Positions 29,711-39,379 of a DNA stretch of 64,000 nt are shown here, piece after piece. The position numbers were made by a program, and so were the translations under genes. The notes beneath the pieces are model-generated. The model saw nothing but the letters and a program-made list of their open reading frames with translations, did no database searches and was not told the origin of the DNA. Position 1 is the first letter of the stretch; every line of letters starts with the position of its first letter. The stretch is from a virus (Duplodnaviria; Caudoviricetes): the IMG/VR virus record IMGVR_UViG_3300037067_027649, positions 14,964 to 78,963 of that record, one strand, 5' to 3'.

Positions 29711-30274
29711 ATGGGATTACCACATTTCACAAACGTTGACTCACATATGAATAAATGGGAAGTTATTCATAAAAATTTATATGAAGTTGATATAATATTA
29801 CCTGCTGCAATTCAAGCTTTACATCCAAATGCAACTCATTTGTTATTGGAGAATACAACCGAAATAAACATGCCAAAATATCCATCTTTAGGTAAAGCAC
29901 AACAGAGATTTAAATATTCAACGAGATTGTTCACTATGATGCCAGAATCAACATCATTTGAAGATTTAACAATCAAATTAAATTTAAATCAAAATGAACA
30001 GAAACAAATTTTCAATTTTAGGATGATGAAAGATTGGTACGATCTTGCATGGAATAATGAGGATGGTTCTACATCATATAAAAGAAATATGACAGGTGAT
30101 GTTATTATTTACCAACATGATAAACAAGGTGAAGTTATAAGAAGGGTTACATGTCATAATGCTATGATATACGATTTCGGTGGTGTTGAAGATTTAGTAT
30201 GGGAAGATACTGCAGCGATTATGGATTTGACTTGTAAGTTTTATGTTGATTATTGGGAAGATTTCTATTTTTAA
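29711..30274 (+). CDS. tail tube protein (T4 gp19-like)
   Basis: Follows the sheath; NLYEV.I..P, F.MM.DW.DL..N...G, Y...M.G...I.Q.D..G..IR. Confidence 0.8.
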   Translation: MGLPHFTNVDSHMNKWEVIHKNLYEVDIILPAAIQALHPNATHLLLENTTEINMPKYPSLGKAQQRFKYSTRLFTMMPESTSFEDLTIKLNLNQNEQKQIFNFRMMKDWYDLAWNNEDGSTSYKRNMTGDVIIYQHDKQGEVIRRVTCHNAMIYDFGGVEDLVWEDTAAIMDLTCKFYVDYWEDFYF

Positions 30275-30292
30275 TAGTAAAAATAATAATTT

Positions 30293-30319
30293 ATAAAAGC
30301 ACCTTTTTGGTGCTTTTAT
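30293..30319 (+). terminator. rho-independent terminator
   Basis: ATAAAAGCACC-TTTTT-GGTGCTTTTAT. Confidence 0.8.
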
Positions 30320-30374
30320 TTTTTTATAAACTTTTGATTATTATTTGTATATAATATTTAAAAAATAATATTTT

Positions 30375-31052
30375 ATGGAAAAAATTATTGAAAGAAAAAT
30401 ATGTTCTGAATGTAAAATCGAAAAAGATATATCAAATTTCTCAAAAAAGTATAAAACTTCAACTGGAGAACAAAGATATCAACCAAAATGTAAAGATTGT
30501 GTAAGTAAAGAAATGGAAATAAGAAGAATTGGTAAAGAAGAAGAAAGAAAAAATTATGATAAAATTTATTATGAAAAAAATAAAGAAAAAATTCTTTCTT
30601 ATAAAAAAGAATACCATCAAAAAAATCAAGATACAATTTTAAAAAAGAAAAAAGATTATAGAGATAAACCAGAATCTAAATTAATACAAAAAATTTATAG
30701 ACAGAATAACAAAGAATATATAAAATCTTTACAAAAAGATTATAGAGATAAACACCCTGAAGAAGTAATATGGAGAAATATATTATGGAGAGCAATAAAA
30801 CATTTAGGAACAAAAAAAGAAGGACATACAATAGATATGTTAGGTTATTCTGCAACTGACTTAAAAAATCATATAGAAAGTTTATTTAAAGAAGGTATGT
30901 CATGGATTAATTTTGGTGAATGGGAAGTTGATCATATAAAACCTGTAAGTAAATGGTCAAAAGATTCTCTAATATCAGATGTTAATGCTTTAAGTAATTT
31001 ACAGCCATTATGGAAAGAAGAAAATAGAGCAAAATTTAATAAATTTGAATAA
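30375..31052 (+). CDS. HNH homing endonuclease
   Basis: CSEC..C..C N-terminus; W.VDHIKP.S......N.L.NLQPL...N..K. Confidence 0.88.
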   Translation: MEKIIERKICSECKIEKDISNFSKKYKTSTGEQRYQPKCKDCVSKEMEIRRIGKEEERKNYDKIYYEKNKEKILSYKKEYHQKNQDTILKKKKDYRDKPESKLIQKIYRQNNKEYIKSLQKDYRDKHPEEVIWRNILWRAIKHLGTKKEGHTIDMLGYSATDLKNHIESLFKEGMSWINFGEWEVDHIKPVSKWSKDSLISDVNALSNLQPLWKEENRAKFNKFE

Positions 31053-31234
31053 AATCATATTTTTTAATTAATATATAAAGAAATCTAATAATATTTTATA
31101 TTTTATAAAAAACACATAATTAATAAATTTAAAAATAATGTAAATCAATAATATTTTGATTATATTTTTTTAATAAAAATATTTGAATAGAACCATTATA
31201 TAATAATATATAATTAAAAAATAATATTTTAACA

Positions 31235-32194
31235 ATGAATAATAATGAGAAAGAACATCAAGAATATTTAGATAATTTTCTAAATAATACATCTGATAAT
31301 ATACAATCTATTAAAAAGGATGTTAAAAAAATGTCTAATAAATCTCAAAATATGCAAGATTCTAATTATTTAGAATATATTAATGTATCTATTGATATGT
31401 TACCAGCAGGTAATTTTTATAAAAAAGGAACTCAAATAAAAATTAGAGGTGCAAAAGTAAATGAAGTTCAGAATTATTCAGTTGTAGATGATAATAATTA
31501 TTTAGATATAACTGAAAAGATGAATGAAATGTTATCAAGTTGTGTTAGGTATATTCATCCTGATGGTAGTGTTGGTTCTTATAAATATGTGAAAGATGCA
31601 GATAGAATTTATTTAATATTTATGATAAGAGAATTAACGTTTCAAAGAGGTAATTCATTAGCAAAAGATGTTGTTTGTGAACATTGTAAACATGAATTTA
31701 AAATACCATTTAGAGCAACACCAAGTCCAAATCAACCAAGAACGTTTGTTAATTATCCAATGCCAGAAGAATTAAATAAGTTTTATGATGATATTGAAAA
31801 AGTTTATAAATTAGTTATAAATGATGTTGAATGGAAACTTGCACCACCAACAATTGGAATTCAAGAAATATTTTTTGGTGATATAAAGAAAAAAGTAACT
31901 AATGAAAAAACACCAAATGTATCTTTTTTAAAAATAATTCCATATTTATTGTATGATAGAGAAAAAATATCTGATGAAGGTATTGCTGCAAAAGAAAAAG
32001 AATTTCAAAATATGGATATGGACACATTTCAAATTTTAAATTATGCTGTTGATAAAATGAAATTTGGTGTAGAAAAATTAAAAATGAAATGTCCAGAGTG
32101 TAGTTTGGAGGTCTACACTGGAATGCAGTTTCCTGGGGGTGCATCAAGAATTTTCGTTGTTTCAAACCCACTTAGTTACTTTACTAAAGAATAA
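31235..32194 (+). CDS. baseplate hub / tail assembly protein (T4 gp26-like)
   Basis: LP.G.FY, D..YL...IR..T, CEHC and CPEC; position after the tube gene. Confidence 0.65.
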   Translation: MNNNEKEHQEYLDNFLNNTSDNIQSIKKDVKKMSNKSQNMQDSNYLEYINVSIDMLPAGNFYKKGTQIKIRGAKVNEVQNYSVVDDNNYLDITEKMNEMLSSCVRYIHPDGSVGSYKYVKDADRIYLIFMIRELTFQRGNSLAKDVVCEHCKHEFKIPFRATPSPNQPRTFVNYPMPEELNKFYDDIEKVYKLVINDVEWKLAPPTIGIQEIFFGDIKKKVTNEKTPNVSFLKIIPYLLYDREKISDEGIAAKEKEFQNMDMDTFQILNYAVDKMKFGVEKLKMKCPECSLEVYTGMQFPGGASRIFVVSNPLSYFTKE

Positions 32195-32417
32195 GTTTGA
32201 ATTTATGTCACAGTTGGGTATTGGAACTGATGTAATAGATTCTTGGGTTTATTGGGAATTTGAAGAATATATTAAATATCTCAATGAAAAAAATGAAAAA
32301 GAAAAAGAAGAGAGAGAAAAACAAGAAAAAGAAACGCAAAAATCTCAAAGCAACAGTTCATATAGAATGCCTAATATGCCTAATATTAGAATGCCTAATT
32401 ATAAAAAATTTAGATAA
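32139..32417 (+). CDS. T4 gp51-like hub assembly domain, overlapping in the +1 frame
   Basis: LL.NKF.FM......ID.W.YWE.E.Y..YL.E.NE.E. Confidence 0.55.
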   Translation: MHQEFSLFQTHLVTLLKNKFEFMSQLGIGTDVIDSWVYWEFEEYIKYLNEKNEKEKEEREKQEKETQKSQSNSSYRMPNMPNIRMPNYKKFR

Positions 32418-32418
32418 T

Positions 32419-32449
32419 AAAAAAGCCATCTTAAAAAGGTGGCTTTTTT
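32419..32449. terminator. bidirectional terminator
   Basis: AAAAAAGCCATCTT-AAA-AAGGTGGCTTTTTT between convergent genes. Confidence 0.8.
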
Positions 32450-32506
32450 CATTAAATATATTCTAAAGTGGGTAGTAGCACTACCCAACTGGTAACATTT
32501 TTAATG

Positions 32507-33865
32507 TTAAAAATTATTTACATCTGTAAATTTAGTATTTTTGTTTATAATTTTTGTAATATCAGATAATATTTTTTTATCTTCAATTGATAATTTAGAT
32601 ATATCTAAATTTTCCCATATATCATCAGATATAATATAATTATAAAATTTATAATCTTTATCATCTTTATTGTTATCAATTTCAACAACAATTTGCAATA
32701 TTTGGTTATCAATTCTATTATAAATTGATATATCTGAAATGATACCATTTAAAAATGGTTTATTTAAAAAATTATAAAAAACTTTTTCACTAAATTTTAA
32801 ATTATTATCAGTTTTAATGTTAGATAAATTCAAAAATTCATTCATATCTTCTTCTTTAATTTCTTCATCTTTAATATCATAAATTCTCATACTACCATCA
32901 CCATCCCAACCAAATGGTTTTTTATATTCTTTATCACCATCAGGATCAACCATAATGGTAAAGCTATGGCCTATATTCCCTATACTTTTTATATGATTTA
33001 ACATTTTAATAAGAATATCTGCACCAGAAGCATCAGTTTCTATTGTAATTTTATGATTTAACTGTTCTTCTCTATTTTCATATTGTTGTTTAGCTGGAAT
33101 AACATAACCAATCTTATTTCTTTCATCCCAACACATGATAAGTTCATGTTCAGTTTCAAATAACATTAAAGAATTTTTAGCATCATCACTTAAATTTTGA
33201 TTTCCACTATCAGACCATGTTAAATATTCATCTTTATCATAAAAACAATGTGAAAAACTAGCTGAAAAATATTTTTGATTTTCTACAAATTTAACTAATT
33301 CGTCTTTATTTGTAAATTTTATAGCATTTTTATTTTCAGATAAAATTTTTATAGCATCTGGAATTAAAGGTAAAACAAGTGTTCTATTATTGTATTTATT
33401 TACATAAATATTATCATTATCTTTTTCAGTTTCACCATCAGCTATAAAAAGTTCATTTATTTCATCTTTTGATTCTTTAAACTTAATATTATGTTTTTTT
33501 AATAATTCTCTTGCTTCTTCTTTTGTCATACCGCCCATAACTTTAGCCATAACATCATTAGTATTTAAAACTTTTTTAGCAACTTGAATTTGATTCCATA
33601 AAGCTGGATTCGTATTTTTTAAATTAACACTTTCGTTAATTATTTTTTTAAAATTTTCTGGATTATGAAAATATTTATCATCTTCAAATTTTAACCAATC
33701 AGACATATAATCAATACTTTTAATAGTATGTTTAGTTCCAATTTTTAATGATCTTTTTTCATCATCAGATGTATCATCTTTAACGACTTCAACAGTATCT
33801 CCAACTTTAAATTTAGGTTTTTTACTTTCATTTACACTAAATTCAGAAAATTTTTTTAATGACAT
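32507..33865 (-). CDS. multi-module protein with leader and repeated xNE junctions
   Basis: MSLKKFSEFSVNES; KOW-like FKVGDTV; modules separated by INES/INEL/MNEF. Confidence 0.7.
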   Translation of the reverse strand: MSLKKFSEFSVNESKKPKFKVGDTVEVVKDDTSDDEKRSLKIGTKHTIKSIDYMSDWLKFEDDKYFHNPENFKKIINESVNLKNTNPALWNQIQVAKKVLNTNDVMAKVMGGMTKEEARELLKKHNIKFKESKDEINELFIADGETEKDNDNIYVNKYNNRTLVLPLIPDAIKILSENKNAIKFTNKDELVKFVENQKYFSASFSHCFYDKDEYLTWSDSGNQNLSDDAKNSLMLFETEHELIMCWDERNKIGYVIPAKQQYENREEQLNHKITIETDASGADILIKMLNHIKSIGNIGHSFTIMVDPDGDKEYKKPFGWDGDGSMRIYDIKDEEIKEEDMNEFLNLSNIKTDNNLKFSEKVFYNFLNKPFLNGIISDISIYNRIDNQILQIVVEIDNNKDDKDYKFYNYIISDDIWENLDISKLSIEDKKILSDITKIINKNTKFTDVNNF

Positions 33866-33899
33866 TTTTTAAATATTATTTTTTATTATATATTAATTA

Positions 33900-34499
33900 T
33901 TAATAATTAATTTCTTTCTTAAAATCTTTATCGTAACCTATAAATTTTTTATTTTTAAAAAGTTTTGCTAATTCTAAAATATCATTAGATACTTTTTTAC
34001 TCATATAAAAATCTCTACAAAAATTTTCTACAAATTCTTCTTCATCTTCAAATTGTAATACATTACTATCTTCATTAAATATATAAACGTTATCAATATC
34101 AACCATAGCATGACCTAATTCATGAAAAATAGTTTCTTTAATTATTAAATCTTTTTCTTCATCTATTTCTTCTTTATTATTAAGACTTTCTAATTCTTTT
34201 ATTATAGAATCTTCATATAATAATATTATTGGTTCACCAGCTAATGAACTTGAATGAACATATTCAGCTATTGTATTACTTTTATCTTTTTCGATCCATA
34301 ATATATGTATTTTTTTAAAAATATTTATTTTTGATTTAAATTCATCAATAGCTTCTTTAGCTATAATATCAAAAGATAAATCTTTAGATTTTTCTTTTAA
34401 ATCATATACATAAGATAATTCATTTACTATTCTATCTTTTGAACTGGTAATATTAATATAATTGTTATTAAAATTTTCAAATGTTTTAATAAAATTCAT
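33900..34499 (-). CDS. HExxH zinc metallopeptidase-like protein with leader
   Basis: MNFIKTFENF; TIFHELGHAMVD...EEEFVENF. Confidence 0.7.
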   Translation of the reverse strand: MNFIKTFENFNNNYINITSSKDRIVNELSYVYDLKEKSKDLSFDIIAKEAIDEFKSKINIFKKIHILWIEKDKSNTIAEYVHSSSLAGEPIILLYEDSIIKELESLNNKEEIDEEKDLIIKETIFHELGHAMVDIDNVYIFNEDSNVLQFEDEEEFVENFCRDFYMSKKVSNDILELAKLFKNKKFIGYDKDFKKEINY

Positions 34500-34549
34500 A
34501 TTTAAAGCTTTAATTTTTTAATATATATTAAAAAACATAATATTATTTA

Positions 34550-35407
34550 ATGAATAAAGAAATTCATTTTTTCGATTTAGATGGAACACTTTGGGAAATT
34601 CAAGGTAAAGTTTGGGTTATATCAAAAGATAATCCAAATGTACCTTTATTAAAAATAGATAGAGAAGAATTTAATCTTATAAAAAGTGGTTTATATAAAG
34701 AAGATAATATTCAAGTGAATTATAATGACCAATGGTATTGGATACCATCAGAATTAATGGATAGAATTAAAAAGAAAAGAAATTTAGATGAAGATAATAT
34801 TGGTTTTTCATTTAGAGAATTTTTTGATGTTAATTATATAAATAGAATAAAGATTATATTAAAAAACATAATAGATTTAAACAACAAAAAGATTGATGTT
34901 GGTATTATTACTGGTAGACATGATAGAGAAGGTGAACAAGAATTCTTAAATAAATTAAGAATTAAATTAAATGAATTAAATCTTGATATAAATAAAATGT
35001 ATTATCTTGGTGATAGATTTTCATATGAATTAAGAGATAATATATCTTTTTCTAAATCAAAACTTTTATTAGAACATTTAATTGGTATTAAAATAGAAAA
35101 AGATAAATTCGTACCTTTAAAACAAGATTGGTATAAAACTATTTATTTCTATGATGATGAAATACAAAATATATATACAGCTAATAAAATACAACAATTT
35201 TTTAATGAAATTATTAGAAATACAGATGATGAAGTATTTAATATTATAAAAGAAAAAATAACAGAAAACGAATTAATATTATATACTAATTATATATCTA
35301 ATAATGAATTAAATAAATTTAAAACAACAAAAATAATATTAAAAGAACCTGAAAAATTTCCTATAAAATTAGAAAATTTAAATGTTAAAAAATTTAAAGA
35401 ATTTTAA
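34550..35407 (+). CDS. HAD-superfamily protein
   Basis: FFDLDGTLW, ITGR, FYDD. Confidence 0.75.
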   Translation: MNKEIHFFDLDGTLWEIQGKVWVISKDNPNVPLLKIDREEFNLIKSGLYKEDNIQVNYNDQWYWIPSELMDRIKKKRNLDEDNIGFSFREFFDVNYINRIKIILKNIIDLNNKKIDVGIITGRHDREGEQEFLNKLRIKLNELNLDINKMYYLGDRFSYELRDNISFSKSKLLLEHLIGIKIEKDKFVPLKQDWYKTIYFYDDEIQNIYTANKIQQFFNEIIRNTDDEVFNIIKEKITENELILYTNYISNNELNKFKTTKIILKEPEKFPIKLENLNVKKFKEF

Positions 35408-36879
35408 TGTCAAGTTATAGTGGTGTACCAGTTGAAATAAGTTCGATATTAAGTATAACTTTTCCTGTTGATAAACTTGTTGATGAGTTTGTTGCTAGTG
35501 TATTTAATATAAAAGTGGATTTTGAAAAACAATCAAAAGAAGAAATTCAGAAGATTATTTATGAAGATAATAATGTTCCTACGGTGGATGAACCTGGATT
35601 GGCTACGTTGATAGACACATTTATTAGAATGATAATAAAATGTATTGGAAGTTTTGCACAACAAATATTCATATTAACAGAATTGGTTAAAAAAATAAAA
35701 GAAGCTTTAAAAAATCCAACATCAAAATCTAATGCAGAATATTTAGCATCTATACCTAAAAAAATAAAAGAACTTATAAAAGAAGTAAAAACGTTTTTTG
35801 CTGATACTGCTAAATGGATTATGGATAAGTTTTTAGGTGCTTTATCAAAAATTAATATACCAATACCATCTTTTGATTTTAATATCTTGGGGTTTAAATT
35901 AACAATACCTAAAATAGATAATAAAGGAGCATTAAATGATGATTCTAAATTAAATATACCAAAGCATGAGGATGATGAGTTAAAAGATATTAAAAATAAA
36001 ATAGAAGAATTAAATAATAAGATATCAAATTCTAATAAAAATATAGGAGATGATATTGATAATATAACAGATAAATTACAACCTGACTTAGATAAATCTA
36101 AGAAAAAATTAGATGATGGTGAAAAAAAATTAAAAGATAATAATGATAATATAAAAAAATTAGAAAATAAAAAAATTAGAACAGTAGCAGAAAACAAAAA
36201 ATTAAAATTGTTAAAAGAAGAAAATAAAAAATTAACAGAAAACGTAGAAACTTATAAAAAAGATTATGAAAGTAAAAAAGTTCAAATTGATGAACAAATG
36301 AATAAAATTGAAAATAATTTAAATACAAGTGATACAGAAACAGAATTAAAAGAAGCAAAAAACGAATTAAAATCTAAATTAGGTGAAAATCCAGTTTCAG
36401 CATATACTGAAAAAATTAAAGAAATGGTTATAAATATTATAAAATTTCCAGTTGATTTTGTATTTAATTTATTTAAACAATTATTAAAAGCTTTAGTAAA
36501 AATATTTTCATTTGATTTTGGAGAATTTGAAAAATTAATTCAAATGTTAAAACCGAATATTGATAGTGTCGGTCTTTTAATAGGTACTGTTTTAGATGGT
36601 TTCATAGATGGTTTTTCTACATTATATAAAGCAGCTAAAGATAAATTTGGTAATATAAAAGAAAATATAGAAGAAGTTGTTTTATATTTAAAAGATGAAG
36701 GTAATAAAATATTAGGTAGAACTGATTCTGATGAAAATAAAGAAAAATTGAATCAGACAATTAGTTATTTTGTTGTTGGTGTTAATATAATTACAGCTTT
36801 TCCAATTTTATTTTTAAATTTGATAGTAGAATTATTTAATTATGCTTTAAATCCAATAGGTATTAAGATTATAATTTAG
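35407..36879 (+). CDS. coiled-coil protein, possibly structural
   Basis: 490 aa; repeated hydrophobic flanks around a K/E/N-rich coiled coil. Confidence 0.65.
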   Translation: MSSYSGVPVEISSILSITFPVDKLVDEFVASVFNIKVDFEKQSKEEIQKIIYEDNNVPTVDEPGLATLIDTFIRMIIKCIGSFAQQIFILTELVKKIKEALKNPTSKSNAEYLASIPKKIKELIKEVKTFFADTAKWIMDKFLGALSKINIPIPSFDFNILGFKLTIPKIDNKGALNDDSKLNIPKHEDDELKDIKNKIEELNNKISNSNKNIGDDIDNITDKLQPDLDKSKKKLDDGEKKLKDNNDNIKKLENKKIRTVAENKKLKLLKEENKKLTENVETYKKDYESKKVQIDEQMNKIENNLNTSDTETELKEAKNELKSKLGENPVSAYTEKIKEMVINIIKFPVDFVFNLFKQLLKALVKIFSFDFGEFEKLIQMLKPNIDSVGLLIGTVLDGFIDGFSTLYKAAKDKFGNIKENIEEVVLYLKDEGNKILGRTDSDENKEKLNQTISYFVVGVNIITAFPILFLNLIVELFNYALNPIGIKIII

Positions 36880-36889
36880 TTTCAACATC

Positions 36890-37202
36890 ATGAACTACTA
36901 CTAAACTAAAGATTTAGCAGTTTCACGTTTCACAGACTTCTCCAACGAGAACGCCTCACCGTGTTTTTGTTTAAAGTCCAACTTGCGTTCCACAACCAGA
37001 CTATTTTTTTAAATTAAAATTTTTACTTTTTTGATTTTACGTGTTTTAAGATTTTAAAACACAACCAAATATATCAAAGAACTTTTTTATAAATTTATAT
37101 ATTAAATATTTTGGGTCTAAAAATGGTTTTTTTAAATATTTTTATTATATTTGAATAAAATTTTGAAATTCATCTACGAAACTAAAGATTTCGTAGTTTT
37201 CT
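36890..37202 (-). mobile_element. non-autonomous IS200/IS605 (ISDra2-like) miniature element with TnpB 3' / omega-RNA remnant
   Basis: Subterminal hairpins with identical CTAAAGA loop (36897-36921, 37174-37196); target TTGAA, right end TTCAT; remnant KQKHGEAFSLEKSVKRE. Confidence 0.75.
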
Positions 37203-37508
37203 TTCAACAAAAATATAAATTTTATCAATTCTTTCATTACTTAAATATGACATTTTAATGTTTTTAATATTTAGAAATTTTTTAATTGATTTTTCTAATA
37301 TTTCTTTACTTTCTATCATTGTTAAATTGTAGGTAAATTGTAATCTTTCATAAATGAGGTTGTAACAATAAACTCTATTGTTTTCTATATTATATTCTAA
37401 AACAATATTGGTATCTTTTATGTAAAAAACTGAATTTGAATATTTTTCTAATTTAAGTTTCTTTAAATCAGATAACCAAAATTTTATGAAATTTTCTTTA
37501 GTTTTCAT
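37182..37508 (-). CDS. hypothetical protein; last 6 codons supplied by the mini-IS left end
   Basis: ...YIFVE|RKLRNL*; paralog of the 23340 family. Confidence 0.7.
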   Translation of the reverse strand: MKTKENFIKFWLSDLKKLKLEKYSNSVFYIKDTNIVLEYNIENNRVYCYNLIYERLQFTYNLTMIESKEILEKSIKKFLNIKNIKMSYLSNERIDKIYIFVERKLRNL

Positions 37509-37822
37509 TATAATTTTTTATTTATGTTTTCAATCATACCAACATCAATATTATCATCTTTAAATATTTTATTTAATTTTAGTTTTCTATATTCTTTTAA
37601 TGATATAAATCTATCTTCATCGAAATAAAAATCTAATTTTTCTATTATTTTTACTAATTTTCCTATTCCACTTGTTTTTATATCAATAATTTTATATTTT
37701 TTTCCTTTTTTTAAATATAAAAGAGCATTATGAAATTCAGTATCATATTCACCTATTGAATCTGGTATAATGTTATTAGATACACAAACAACCGTTTCGC
37801 CTATTTTAAAATTGTTATTCAT
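37508..37822 (-). CDS. small KOW/SH3-like protein with basic tag
   Basis: FKIGETVVCV...Y.I; EYRKLKLNKIF. Confidence 0.7.
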   Translation of the reverse strand: MNNNFKIGETVVCVSNNIIPDSIGEYDTEFHNALLYLKKGKKYKIIDIKTSGIGKLVKIIEKLDFYFDEDRFISLKEYRKLKLNKIFKDDNIDVGMIENINKKL

Positions 37823-38033
37823 CTAAAATTTTATTAATCTTTTGTTTTCTCAAATCTTTTTTTGTTTTAAAAACATATTTTATTATTCGTATAGTATTAC
37901 CTTTATGATTAAACCAAAGATATCCAAAATTATTTACATCAACAATTGTGTATTCTTTATATTTTTCAAAATATGGTTGTTCATCATCACCAATGTAAAC
38001 AACTTTATCACCAATTTTATAATTATATTTCAT
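37815..38033 (-). CDS. small KOW/SH3-like protein with basic tag
   Basis: YKIGDKVVYI; DLRKQKINKIL. Confidence 0.7.
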   Translation of the reverse strand: MKYNYKIGDKVVYIGDDEQPYFEKYKEYTIVDVNNFGYLWFNHKGNTIRIIKYVFKTKKDLRKQKINKILDE

Positions 38034-38250
38034 TTAAAATTTTATTAATCTTTTGTTTTCTCAAATCTTTTAATGTTATAAAATTTTTTTTATTATATGA
38101 ACATAGTACATTATTATCATTTATTAATACAATAAAAATATCATCAGGAATATTACAGATTTTATATTTTTTATACAATTTTATATATTGATAAGCAGAA
38201 TTATCAACACATAATACTATATCATCTTTTTTAAATTTATTTTTATTCAT
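38023..38250 (-). CDS. small KOW/SH3-like protein with basic tag
   Basis: FKKDDIVLCV; DLRKQKINKIL. Confidence 0.7.
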   Translation of the reverse strand: MNKNKFKKDDIVLCVDNSAYQYIKLYKKYKICNIPDDIFIVLINDNNVLCSYNKKNFITLKDLRKQKINKILNEI

Positions 38251-38551
38251 TTAAAATTAAATTTAATTTTAAAATTTTTAATTTTCTTAAATTCTTTTCA
38301 TTTATTAAAAATATATCTTTATCACCTAAAATGTTTTTTTCTTCATCTGTTGCAAGTCTTATATGTTGATAATATAATGAATTATGAGATTTTGCTGTAG
38401 TTTTATAATTATATCCAGCTATTTGTTTTGTAATTCTTGTTATACAAGGTTGTTCACCACGCCAAACTATAATATCACCCTTTATATAAATATGATATGA
38501 TCCAAATGGTGTGTTTGGTTTATATAAAAATTTTTCTACATTATTATTCAT
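38243..38551 (-). CDS. hypothetical protein with basic tag
   Basis: NLRKLKILKL. Confidence 0.65.
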   Translation of the reverse strand: MNNNVEKFLYKPNTPFGSYHIYIKGDIIVWRGEQPCITRITKQIAGYNYKTTAKSHNSLYYQHIRLATDEEKNILGDKDIFLINEKNLRKLKILKLNLILNE

Positions 38552-38781
38552 TATTTAAATATTTTTTTAAGTTTTGTTACTCTTTCTTCATTTTTTGAAT
38601 AAAAATTTGTTATTCTAAACCAAGAATGAATATTATCTATCATAATAAAAGTTTTTGTTAAATTTATTTTTATTATAGTATAATGTTTACCTATTTTTAG
38701 ATTACTCATGTTAAGATCATATTTTATAGGTTCATTTTTAATACAAATAACTTTATCCCCTATTTTAAAATTATTATTCAT
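38551..38781 (-). CDS. small KOW/SH3-like protein with basic tag
   Basis: FKIGDKVICI; EERVTKLKKIF; TATATTTG at 38786-38793. Confidence 0.7.
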   Translation of the reverse strand: MNNNFKIGDKVICIKNEPIKYDLNMSNLKIGKHYTIIKINLTKTFIMIDNIHSWFRITNFYSKNEERVTKLKKIFK

Positions 38782-38847
38782 TATACAAATATAATATTTT
38801 TTTGTTAATATTAAAAAAATTTTATTATATTTACAAAAAAAATATAA

Positions 38848-39099
38848 ATGGATTTTAAAGAAGGTGATATTGTAGTTTGTATTAAAAAACCAGCTTTACA
38901 AAATTCAATTTTTGGTATACAATTGAATTTATATCAAAAATATAAAGTTGTTAGTGTTTATGTAAAAACTATATCAATATCTGATATTATATCAGATGAT
39001 GATAATAAATTTATTCCTGTTCAAAATTTTAAAAAGAAATATTTCATATCTGAAAATGAATTTAGAAAAATGAAAATTAAAAAGATTTTACATGGATAA
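38848..39099 (+). CDS. small KOW/SH3-like protein with basic tag
   Basis: FKEGDIVVCI; EFRKMKIKKIL. Confidence 0.7.
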   Translation: MDFKEGDIVVCIKKPALQNSIFGIQLNLYQKYKVVSVYVKTISISDIISDDDNKFIPVQNFKKKYFISENEFRKMKIKKILHG

Positions 39100-39379
39100 A
39101 AAATTTAAAATAGGAGATAAAGTTGTTTTAATTAATAAAAATGTATTAAACGATAAAGAAGATTTAAGTAGTAAAAATATAAAATCTAAATTAAATAATA
39201 TTTTAAAAATAATAGAAATAGGTAAAATTTATATAATTAAGGATATATTTAAATATGGTGATGATAAAATCCTCATAAAAATTAATGTAGACGAAAATTT
39301 TTATTTTAATAAAGATAGGTTTATATCACTAAAAGAATATAGAAAACAAAAAATTAATAAAATAAATGAAAAATGTTAA
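39092..39379 (+). CDS. small KOW/SH3-like protein with basic tag
   Basis: FKIGDKVVLI; EYRKQKINKI. Confidence 0.7.
   Translation: MDKKFKIGDKVVLINKNVLNDKEDLSSKNIKSKLNNILKIIEIGKIYIIKDIFKYGDDKILIKINVDENFYFNKDRFISLKEYRKQKINKINEKC

Noticed and set aside
31395-31410. TGTTACCAG as the partner end for ACTGGTAACA at 32488
   Set aside because: It encodes MLPAG inside the intact gp26-like gene and has no attC hairpin.
35559-36358. Antisense ORFs 35559..36197 and 36176..36358
   Set aside because: They are shadows of the K/E-rich plus-strand gene (F/L/S/I-rich antisense translation).
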